Program-made: the position numbers and the translations under genes
From: Carpediemonas membranifera BICM
Taxonomy: Eukaryota; Protista; Fornicata
NCBI GenBank assembly: GCA_019828565.1
Contig: JAHDYR010000004.1
Span: 62,001-126,000, forward strand
Reading direction: 5' to 3'
Length of the DNA stretch: 64,000 nucleotides
Shown here: positions 9,552 through 18,900 of the stretch, one piece after another
How the letters are laid out: every line of letters starts with the position of its first letter
Position numbering within the stretch: the stretch's first letter is position 1
Notes under the pieces: model-generated
What the model saw: the letters and a program-made list of their open reading frames with translations, nothing else
Told to the model about the DNA's origin: nothing
Database searches by the model: none

Positions 9552-12410
9552 ATGGCCAGCGCCGCGATGGACGAGCTGCTAGCGATGAGCGGCATGCGCG
9601 CGCTGAAGAGGGAGTGCGTCAACCTCGCTCAGCAGATCCGCGTCCGCAACGACCCGCGCACTGCGCAGCTCTACGCCGCCACGCCGATGCAGCTCAACTT
9701 CATCCTCAGCGGCAACCCTGGCACGGGCAAGAGCACGTGCGCTAAGCTGATCCACCGCTTCCTGGCCGACATCGGCGCTCGCGATGACACGTTCACCGAG
9801 CGCAACGGCGGCACCCTCGCCGACACGTCGCCGCTGGACATCACGAAGGAGTTGGACAGCCTCTTCCCGGCCGGCTTCAGGGGCACCGTCTTCATCGACG
9901 AGGCCTACCAGCTGAACCCCGCCCAGAAGAAGTCGGGCAAGTCAGTCATGGACCGCATCCTGGACGTGGCCGAGACGCGCCGCGGCGACGTCACGATCAT
10001 CCTGGCAGGCTACAAGGACGACATGAAGGACCTGCTGGCGACGAACCCGGGTCTGAACAGCCGCTTCTCGCGCCAGTTCGTGCTCGAGGACTTCGACAAG
10101 GACACGCTGCAGGAGATGTTCACCCAGCTGGCGACCAAGCAGGGCTGGTCCCTCGCCCCGGCAGTTGCCGAGATCGCTGGCCGTCGCCTCGAGCGCTTCA
10201 AGTCGCGCGACACCTTCGCCAACGGCCGCACCGTCCGCAACATGTTCAGCCAGGCCATCGAGGCTGCGGCCAAGCGCCTCATCTTGGGCGGCGAGCACAT
10301 GCTGCTGCCCGAGGACATCCTCGGACCAGCGCCATCGGCCGACTCGAACCCCGAGCTGCGCCGTCTCCTGGCCGAGCTGGACGGCTTGACCGGGCTTGGC
10401 GAGGTGAAGGAGGCTGTCCGGGGTCTGCTTCAGACAGCGAAGGTCAACTACGACAACGAGCTCCACCTCCGCCCGCTGCACGCCTTCGCACTCAACCGCC
10501 TCTTCTTCGGAAACCCTGGGACGGGCAAGACGACCGTCGCACGCCTGTACGGCCAGATCTTGAAGCACACGGGCCTGCTCAGCAGCGGCGAGGTCATCGA
10601 GAAGCGGCCCAGCGACCTGGTCGGCGACGCCGTGGGGCAGAGCCGGTCGAGAACGAAGGCCGCGATCGAGGAGGCGCGCGGCAAGGTGCTGCTCATCGAC
10701 GAGTGCTACTCCCTCGACGACGGCGTGTACGGCAAGGAGGCGCTTGACACGATCGTTGAGCGCGTGCACAACAAGCCCGGCGACGACATCGCGGTGCTCA
10801 TGCTCGGCTACGAGGAGCCCATCCGCCGCATGCTGCGCAACCAGAACGCGGGGCTGGCGAGCCGCTTCGACCCCGAGAGCGCGTTCATCTTTGCCGACTT
10901 CGACGACACCGCGCTCGAGGCCATCCTGAAGCACGCCATCGCCGAAAGCGGCCTCGCGTGCCGCAGAGCTGTCGTTGTCAACGCGATACAGCTGCTGGCC
11001 AAGGAGCGCGTCAAGCCCAACTTTGGCAACGCCCGCGCTGTGGTCAACCTCGTGAACAAGGCGAAGCGCCACATGATCCAGCGCGATCCAACCTCGCGAA
11101 AGATCGCAGTTGCTGATCTCACGCAGGCTGACGACGGCAAGGACCCGTTCGAGCCGCTCGACGGCCTGTACAAGGTCAACCACATCCGGCAGAGGTTCGA
11201 GGACCTCGTCCGTATCAAGCAGGGCATGGAGCGGAACGGCAAGTCAGCCGCCTCAATGCTGGTCCGCAACTACGTCTTCTCGGGCTCCCCGGGCACAGGC
11301 AAGACGACCATCGCGCGGTGCATGGCCAAGATCCTCTACCGCCTGGGTGTGCTGGCAACCGACACGTGCAAGGAGGTCGTCGCACGCGACATGATGGCAG
11401 GCTACGTGGGGCAGACGCCGGGCCGAGTCAAGGAGCTGATGGACGAGGCGGTCGGCGGCGTCTTCTTCGTGGACGAGGCTTACGGCCTTGGAGAGGGCAT
11501 GTTCGGCAAGGAGGCGATCGAGACGATGCTCAGCGAGATGACGTCGGACAAGCACAAGGGCAAGACCGTCGTCGTCCTGGCGGGCTACCGCGCCGATCTC
11601 GACCGCATGATGGACGTCAACGCCGGCGTCCGCTCGCGCTTCACCGAGCCGATCGACTTCCCCGACTGGTCGGCGGCCGACTGCACCAGCTTCATCGCGG
11701 GCAAGCTCGAGGGGGAGCACCTCAAGTTCGGCTCAAACGAGCAGGCCGCTCTGCGCAGCCACATCGAGGCCGTTGTTGGCCGGGCTTCCTGGGCCAACGC
11801 ACGAGACGCCAACACGATCTTCGAGGACCTGCTGCGCCAGCAGGCGATCCGCGCCGCTTCGGTCGTCGAGGCTGAACCTTCGATCGCGGCCGATGACGTC
11901 GACGCCGCCATGGCCAAGTGCAAGCGGAACCACCCTGAGAGCGCCAGCCTGCCGCATCTCGTCGAGGAGCAGCCAGTCGCCCTCGCCACCGACAGCGAGG
12001 TCCAGCCCAGACGCGAGACGCGGCAGGACGTCAGAGTTGAGCAAGTCGAGGAAGTCGACGAGACTGTCGATGTGGTGACTCGCGTTGAGCGCGACGAGGG
12101 CGTAACCGACGAGATCTGGGAGGAGCTGGAGCTGGCCAAGCGCGAGGAGCAGCGCCGTCGGGAGGAGGAGGAGCGGCGTCTGCGGGAGATCGAGGAACAA
12201 CTCAAGCGTGAGAAAGAGGAGAAGTCGCGCCGTGAGCTCGAGCGCCAGCAGCGGGAGGCCGAGGAGAGGCGCCGGAAGGAGGCGGCCATTCAGCAGAGAC
12301 TGAGGCAGATCGGGCGGTGCCCCGTTGGATTCGAGTGGATCAAGGTCGGCGGCGGGTACCGGTGTGCTGGCGGCAGCCACTTCGCGAGCGACGCCGAAGT
12401 GTTTGTCTGA
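9552..12410 (+). CDS. Triple CbxX/CfxQ/SpoVK-type AAA+ ATPase with E/R/K-rich coiled coil and C-terminal [22 protein letters not shown] motif
   Basis: Three Walker A motifs (GNPGTGKS, GNPGTGKT, GSPGTGKT), three Walker B motifs (FIDEAY, LIDECY, FVDEAY), NPGLxSRF-type Arg fingers and NGR/NAR sensor-2 motifs. Confidence 0.9.
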   Translation: MASAAMDELLAMSGMRALKRECVNLAQQIRVRNDPRTAQLYAATPMQLNFILSGNPGTGKSTCAKLIHRFLADIGARDDTFTERNGGTLADTSPLDITKELDSLFPAGFRGTVFIDEAYQLNPAQKKSGKSVMDRILDVAETRRGDVTIILAGYKDDMKDLLATNPGLNSRFSRQFVLEDFDKDTLQEMFTQLATKQGWSLAPAVAEIAGRRLERFKSRDTFANGRTVRNMFSQAIEAAAKRLILGGEHMLLPEDILGPAPSADSNPELRRLLAELDGLTGLGEVKEAVRGLLQTAKVNYDNELHLRPLHAFALNRLFFGNPGTGKTTVARLYGQILKHTGLLSSGEVIEKRPSDLVGDAVGQSRSRTKAAIEEARGKVLLIDECYSLDDGVYGKEALDTIVERVHNKPGDDIAVLMLGYEEPIRRMLRNQNAGLASRFDPESAFIFADFDDTALEAILKHAIAESGLACRRAVVVNAIQLLAKERVKPNFGNARAVVNLVNKAKRHMIQRDPTSRKIAVADLTQADDGKDPFEPLDGLYKVNHIRQRFEDLVRIKQGMERNGKSAASMLVRNYVFSGSPGTGKTTIARCMAKILYRLGVLATDTCKEVVARDMMAGYVGQTPGRVKELMDEAVGGVFFVDEAYGLGEGMFGKEAIETMLSEMTSDKHKGKTVVVLAGYRADLDRMMDVNAGVRSRFTEPIDFPDWSAADCTSFIAGKLEGEHLKFGSNEQAALRSHIEAVVGRASWANARDANTIFEDLLRQQAIRAASVVEAEPSIAADDVDAAMAKCKRNHPESASLPHLVEEQPVALATDSEVQPRRETRQDVRVEQVEEVDETVDVVTRVERDEGVTDEIWEELELAKREEQRRREEEERRLREIEEQLKREKEEKSRRELERQQREAEERRRKEAAIQQRLRQIGRCPVGFEWIKVGGGYRCAGGSHFASDAEVFV

Positions 12411-12677
12411 GTAGTAAAGATTCCAAGCAGGCGATCCCCAGACCGCACGCTCGGCATAGATCGGTAAAGTGATTGATGGGCAGACACGCTCTCCCGGGGC
12501 CTGTCGCTGGTCTCGTTACTCGCCTCAATGTCGACCTCATCTCATGAGGTGGCATCATCGCGGATTCCATCGACTGGGCCAAGTCGCATCCGAAGATGTC
12601 GAGAAAGACTGGCGAGGGTAATGGCCGAATGTCAGACCAGTGGTAGTTGGCTCAGCATTTACACCCGCCCCGACCCA

Positions 12678-13127
12678 TCACCAGCCCTCCTCCGTCACAG
12701 GCCCGGGCCGGACCTCCGTCGCCCGCCTGAACGCGGCCGTCTCCCACATCGCCCTCATCGGGGCGGTGACCATCTCGGGGCCGACGAGCCCGAGCTCCTC
12801 GTGCGTGTTGCGGCCCAGGCCGTACCAGCCGAAGGCTGTGGCCAGCCAGTAGCGGTCGTTCGAGTCTGCCCGGACGGCCGTGACGACCTCGGGGAAGTCC
12901 CACTCGACGTACTCGCTCTCGTTGTGGACGAAGATGCCGTAGAACCCGCTGCCGTCCGCCCGCACGAGCACCCACAGGAACTCGCTATCGAAGTCGTAGT
13001 GCAGGAAGGCGCGGCGCACCTGCCAGGGAAGCGTGACCGGGAACGGCGTGGCGCTCTCCTCCGAGTGGATGTTAAGGTAGGGGCGAAGCCACGCCCTGAC
13101 CGAGCCAGCGCAGTGCAGCCCGCGGTC
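12678..13127 (-). pseudogene. 3' fragment of the RCC1-like gene at 44381-45992, carried in a segmental duplication
   Basis: Near-identical to 44381-44830; similarity stops abruptly after ...cgcggtc at 13127. Confidence 0.75.
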
Positions 13128-13158
13128 TTTTCACAAATTTCATCAGCCGTCATTTATC

Positions 13159-13953
13159 TTACACGTCATAGTTAATCTTCCGCACGGGAGCCGAGTACAC
13201 GGGGTTCATGGTGTGCAGCACGGGCTTGTTCTTAGGCTGGGGCCGCAGCCCAAGAGCAGCAGGGCCCTGGAACTTCTCGCTCGAGTACTTGGGGACGGGG
13301 GTAAAGTTACCTTCCCTTCCGCTCCGAACAGTCATCGTAGTCTTAAAAGTGCCAGCGATAGGCCTGGCCTTGGGCGCTGTTTTGGCTCTGCGGGACTTCA
13401 CCTTGACCTCGCGGTAGGGATTGTCGTCAAAATTTTTGCCGGGAGCGGGGCAACCAATCGGCCCGCCGAGGGCAGCCTTATCCCGCGCGTGTTTATCACG
13501 GCGGGCAACCTTCAGGGGGGCGTCATAGTCGTCTGTCTTGTGGACGGGGTAGGAAGTCTGGAATGAGCTGCCGTCCACCGCAGTAAACGGGCGCGGGCAG
13601 CCGAAGTTCTTGCCCAGGCGCTCCTGTTTGACTGGCTTGGCCTTGGGGGAGAAGTACGTGGGTGGAGGGTTGAACGCGCCGTACGCGCTCCCCAGACCAG
13701 AAGACTTCTTCGGACTCGGGGCGTACTTGATGTCTCCTGCAAGGAAGTTTTTGTCTTGCTTCTTTTTCTTCTGTTCCCACTTGTCGCCGGGCGCCAGGGA
13801 GTTCAGCGGGCCGAAGTAGCTTGATCTTGGCCTGCTGTTGGAAAAGTTCTTTCCGGTGGAACTTGTTCTGAACGGCATCGCCTTGGGATCTTTGTATTTT
13901 TCGCCCATGTGCACGTACAGAGCTGGTCCAAAAGCACCATCGTGAAGAACCAT
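13159..13953 (-). CDS. CFAP96: Cilia/flagella-associated protein, CFAP96 (C4orf47/UPF0602)-like
   Basis: Motifs KKSSGLGSAYG, GKNF, DDYDA and FDDNPY resemble CFAP96 from memory. ATG at 13953 follows an AT-rich leader. Confidence 0.65.
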   Translation of the reverse strand: MVLHDGAFGPALYVHMGEKYKDPKAMPFRTSSTGKNFSNSRPRSSYFGPLNSLAPGDKWEQKKKKQDKNFLAGDIKYAPSPKKSSGLGSAYGAFNPPPTYFSPKAKPVKQERLGKNFGCPRPFTAVDGSSFQTSYPVHKTDDYDAPLKVARRDKHARDKAALGGPIGCPAPGKNFDDNPYREVKVKSRRAKTAPKARPIAGTFKTTMTVRSGREGNFTPVPKYSSEKFQGPAALGLRPQPKNKPVLHTMNPVYSAPVRKINYDV

Positions 13954-14102
13954 GGTTAAGATTAAGATTTTCAATGAAAACTGTGCTAAACTGCACATTC
14001 CACAATTGAAGTCTGCTATATACGATTGAGAGTTACTTTACTGCTTGCACTGTGCACTCTATGATACTTCAACAATGATAAAGGAGAAATCTTGAACCCG
14101 GC

Positions 14103-14870
14103 GTGCGTTCTTTCACGCAGGCTAAGTACACATTCACTTGCCTGCTTGCGTGCGTCTCTGCATCTGCGCACGCGTTGACCCCACCGAGGACGGTCAACCT
14201 GTTCGACCAGGAGGTCCTCAAGCAGATCGTCAGCATTGTTCAGCAAAAGGTGTCGAAGGCAAAGACAGCGGATCGGTGCAGGTGGATTGGCGACCTGGCG
14301 ATGTGGAGGGACCCTGACATAACCCCACTCGTCCGGGACTTCAGGGAAGCCTACGTTGGAATTGCAGCGCCATTTCAGAGCTGGTTGGGCGAGTACTCCA
14401 CAGCCACCCGGGTCTGGCTCTCGCGCGCGTCACCCGGGTACCTGACCCGTCTTCGTGCTGGATTAGAACGGGTGCGTCCGCTCCTCCATGATCGGCCGGG
14501 TGTTCGACTGGATTTTCTCGACACCCTAGGCGAGCTCGACACTGAGGTTGCCGCCATAGCCGCCGATCATGGCAGGTATCATCCTCGAATACATGCATTG
14601 CCCGAGGGGCAACGGGTGGGTCGCACTGGTACCGTGGCCGAGGCCCTCGTCGGCGTGCTGTCGTGCGTCACGCGCATGAGTGCTGCAGTGACCAAGCTGA
14701 CCGCACCATGCTCTGCCAGAATCCCGCGTGCAAGGGAGCTCCATGGCGCGTTGAACGGCTACGTCGGCATCCCGAGCAGAGAAACATACTTCTCAATCTC
14801 TCTCACCGAGATAAGAGCGCCAGCGAGAACATCCTTTGGTGCACCTTCGATGCAACTTCAGATCAGATAG
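14103..14870 (+). CDS. Hypothetical protein (start uncertain)
   Basis: 255-codon open frame between two genes; no recognised motif; ORF track uses a GTG start. Confidence 0.4.
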   Translation: MRSFTQAKYTFTCLLACVSASAHALTPPRTVNLFDQEVLKQIVSIVQQKVSKAKTADRCRWIGDLAMWRDPDITPLVRDFREAYVGIAAPFQSWLGEYSTATRVWLSRASPGYLTRLRAGLERVRPLLHDRPGVRLDFLDTLGELDTEVAAIAADHGRYHPRIHALPEGQRVGRTGTVAEALVGVLSCVTRMSAAVTKLTAPCSARIPRARELHGALNGYVGIPSRETYFSISLTEIRAPARTSFGAPSMQLQIR

Positions 14871-15170
14871 AGCAATCTCCTTTCCACTACGACTCCCAGA
14901 GAGGTGCTCTTCCTCACTATCATTAACTTGCTAAGTTGAGCAAACACGCGCTGCAGCGCGCGTGATATGCTGCGCACGATTGATAGAGTATGACCATCCT
15001 GATGCTGCTTGGATCACTGTGTGTTTTGGACTCAATTCTAATCCTGCGCACATCAACATGAATGATAAAGGAGAAATGGCCGACTGTCAGGGTCACTGGC
15101 CTCGTAGAAGTGACGGAGGACACTGAGTTGACGACGCAGTTTAAGGCTCATCGCATGACATTTTTGCACG

Positions 15171-15893
15171 ATGTTGGGATTCGCCTATCGCCAACGCCTG
15201 CGGCTAATTCGCGCTGCCCTTGTCGAAGGAGATTCTACAGAGCTCTTGAAGCAGTTGCTGATGCTTTTCGCGCCGTTGCTTTCTGCTCTAGCATTCTTTT
15301 GCCCAACTTTGCCCTTTGGTGCTGCCAGATACGTTGGCATCGCACTCATCGGCTCTTCAGTTCTAGGAACGATCCACTACTTCAGCCAATCGACGAAATA
15401 CTACCCGTTCAAGCGCGTCTACGGCTCCCCGACCAAAGCCCGCTCGCTCTTCAAAAAGACGGTCTCTGGCCCACCAGCGGAGATCAAAACAATGCACGTG
15501 CCCCGCCCCTCTTCATTCTCCATCGCTTGCATCCGCAACTTCGACGCCATCTCCATTTTCATTCTTTGTGCACCCGCAGTTGGCCTCCCCGGCACCCGAT
15601 CCATCGTTGCCGCGGTAATGGCGAGGCTCATGTGCTATGCCTTTTCCCTTCACGCAGAATACCGCGTCAAGCAGGAGGCGATTTGGTCGCGCGGCGCCTA
15701 CGACGTCTTGTTCGAGACAACAGCGGCGGCGATTCCATCCGTCACGGTCGCCACACAGACTGGAAACCCGCGGACTGGCACTCGGGTCGGTGGTACAACG
15801 AGAGGGTCTCGCGATAGGACACCGACCATGGTCCTTCCGTCTGGACGGGCCCTCCCCGCCCATATGTTGAGCCCTGGTCGTCGCGTGCTCTGA
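15171..15893 (+). CDS. Multi-pass membrane protein, weakly Nur1/Mug154-like; true 5' end may be at 15062
   Basis: Two pairs of hydrophobic segments separated by a Y..F-containing loop, then a low-complexity tail. The family assignment is a weak impression. Confidence 0.45.
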   Translation: MLGFAYRQRLRLIRAALVEGDSTELLKQLLMLFAPLLSALAFFCPTLPFGAARYVGIALIGSSVLGTIHYFSQSTKYYPFKRVYGSPTKARSLFKKTVSGPPAEIKTMHVPRPSSFSIACIRNFDAISIFILCAPAVGLPGTRSIVAAVMARLMCYAFSLHAEYRVKQEAIWSRGAYDVLFETTAAAIPSVTVATQTGNPRTGTRVGGTTRGSRDRTPTMVLPSGRALPAHMLSPGRRVL

Positions 15894-15977
15894 TAGCTGC
15901 TCCATTTACATGATACATTGCAAAACACATAAATCGAGCTCAATGCTGTCGTTTATCATACTGTTACAAAGTAAAGC

Positions 15978-18900
15978 CTAGCTCAATCCAAACTCGGCGT
16001 TGATGCCCTCGGCAAGAGCCATCTTCAGCCGTTCTTCCATCACATCCTTCCTCTCGAACCTTGTGATCTTGAGCAGGTTAAAGCACGTGGACGCCGAGGG
16101 AATCCTCGACGGCCCCTCCACGACTTGGACAGTCAGAGGCGGCTGGAAAGCAGCCACACCACCGGCGGGCGGGTGTCGCTGCCCCGTCATAAAGTGAAGC
16201 AAGGCCGAGACATCCGAATCTGGCCAGGAAGCGAGCACGTTGAAGAACATGATGACGCCCCTGTCAGCACGGGTAGCGTTCTTCACGGCGATGTTGTCGA
16301 TGACTTCCATGGCACTGCATGCACGCTGACCGAAGAGGAAGAGGTCGAGCTCGGTCGAGTTGAGGCTGCCAAGGTTCACAATCGGGCAAACGGAGTCGAA
16401 ACCACGGACAAAGGCGTCAAGTGGGGTCGACACAAGCTTCAGACGCCGTGACACGATTAGATCAATGTACGAGGCCTTGTTGTCATCAGTGACCGGGATG
16501 CTCGATCCACCCGGGACGAGATCAGTGCCGTCGGCGTCAGTGAACGTCAAGCCTGGGATCATATCCACCGAGTTGTCTCGGATAAACTGAATTTGATTCC
16601 GATATAGATCCGGGTCTAGATCTCGAAGATCTTGGTATCCAATCGCGTTTCCAAGAATCATTTTGAGAACGATCGGTGCGAGTCTCCCCGAAGGCACGAG
16701 ACTGTGCCTGCAGGCCTTGGCGAAGAACTGGCCGGCAAACCTGCACATTCCGAGGTCAGCATTCGGCACGAGACAGTGGCCATTGGGTGTGCTGTCGAAG
16801 AGCGTCCGATCGTCGAACAGCGCCTTGGTCAGGAGTGTGACGAGTTCCTTCCTGCAGCCCAGCACGTCTATGGCCCTTTCCGCCTTAAACTCGACCCGCC
16901 AGTCGTGCTGCAGCTCGACGGCCGACACTGCTTCGAACGCTTCTCTGGTTGTCTGTACGATGTTCCTCCTCACGACCTCCATCTTCACCACAGGGCCGTG
17001 GATGAACTTGACCTGGGCCCTGACCAACCTCTCCTTGATGGAAAAGGGGACGATATGCGGCATAGTTTCGTGCAGGATAAGGGCAGTCTCACGAGTCAAC
17101 CCCGTCATGTAAAACACGTCTGCCTGGACGAGGTGGGTCGTGGTATTGACCTCGTACAATCTATTGAGGCATGTGGCCAGGTGGACAGCAGTGGCACTGC
17201 TCAGGGCAGCGGGGGTCGACCTGCTGGCACTGGCCATGGGGTCGACGCCGTACGCCATGGCAAGCTCGGCCGCCTGCTCGCTTGGCTCGGTAAGGAGAGT
17301 GTGGAGCTTGGTGAGGCATGCCTTGATGATCTCCTGAGCTTCTGTGGCAGCTATGAGCGGCTTAGAGAGGTAGAGGTGGATGGTAGCGACCCGCATGAGC
17401 TCACTGACGACCTTCACCATCTGGTCGAAGCGGGGGGAGGCAGGGGCAGCGCACACGTCTGCGAGGACAAATGCCGTGCGGAACCAATCGACCAGGCGGG
17501 CCCAGTACTGGATGGGCGAGAGTCCGCTGGCGCTTCTTTGGGCAGCAAAGTGCGTCGCCAGCTTCTTCGAGTGCGAGTCGTGCTTCCGGGTAGCAAAGGT
17601 GGTTACGCCCTCAGCCCTGGCGTTCTCCACGGCCAGCAGATCTGACACGGATACCTGTACGAGCATCGAATGGATGTCTTCGACACTCAGTGAGATATCG
17701 AGGCCGAGAGACACCATAGCGGCTGGGGCTGCAGACAGCGAGCAGGGCGGGAGGTGTGCGAGCAGGGCGCACTCGAGCTGTCTGAGGACAGTGTTCGTGC
17801 TCTGGATCATGGGTCGCAGGGGGGAGTGGAATGCCGTGGTGATGGTCTCCTTGGACGACGTCGGACGGAGTGACCGGCGTCTGTTGGGTGAGAATATCGG
17901 TGAGAGCGGCACAGACCGGATCACGCGTGCGGGGACGGCCTGCTCGATGGTCTGCTCCAGGTAGGGGGCTGGTACGCCCATGATCCAACATGCTACGGCG
18001 ATAATGTCGGCCATGGTGTCCTCGGCGATGGCGCTGTCGTCTCTGCTCGCTACAATGATGTACAGAGGCACGCGGTGGGCTCCGTATAGCGGAAGGGCGG
18101 GCTGCATCGGCATCTGCCGTGCCATAGGTGCCATACTCGCTAAGAGGTCGAGCGCGGCGGTGACTGGAATGATCCCGACCTTCTTATGTATACTGACGGG
18201 GTTTGTTACATTGGGCACACGGTAAATGCCGGCCAGGAGACGCAGTGAGGTCCAAATGACCGGGGCAAGGGCGGGAGAGAGCGGGGACTCCGTGATGAGG
18301 GCGGCAAGGAGAGTTGTCGCGGCAGTGACATCCTGAATAGACCGACACAACCTCCCGACCTCATCAATTGATGTCGTCAAATGCCGGGCCAGGACACCGC
18401 TGTCCACGGCCATGGGCGACTGGTGGTAGAGCGAGCCGAGCACCGCCAGACCGCCCGGAGTGGTGCACAGGACCTGGGTGAGTGCGGCAGGGTCTACGTC
18501 GGAGTCTCTGAGGTAAATGGGTGCGCGGAGGAGGAGGGTGATGGCGTCACTGCGGACGGCCACGGGAAGGTCGGCCAGTCGGGTGAGGAGGCGGACAACG
18601 AGGGCGTCGGGGAGTCTCTGGTTGTCCTCGAGAGCGAGTGTGACCAGCTGGCCGATATCCGAGTCGGGGGTGGAGTCTGCGAGTTCACTGACTGCAGCAG
18701 CGGCGACGGCACTCTTCAGTTCAGGGGTTGACCGAAGTATGGTCGGGTCTCGGAGCTCCTTGAGCACAGGGAGCAGCGTCTTCACGAGCATCGGCCTGTG
18801 GGAGAGAGTGCTCAGGATAGCGTCCCGCCTAAGCGCGGGAAACGGCGCCAGCTGGTCCAAGAGCACAGCGATTGTCTTATCGGGGAGCATGTCCTCGAAT

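Noticed and set aside
9552-12410. Bacterial origin of the contig (CbxX/SpoVK-like ATPase, dense genes)
   Set aside because: Flanked by CK2, CAPZB with a spliceosomal-type intron, HECT, DHHC and LTR retrotransposons.
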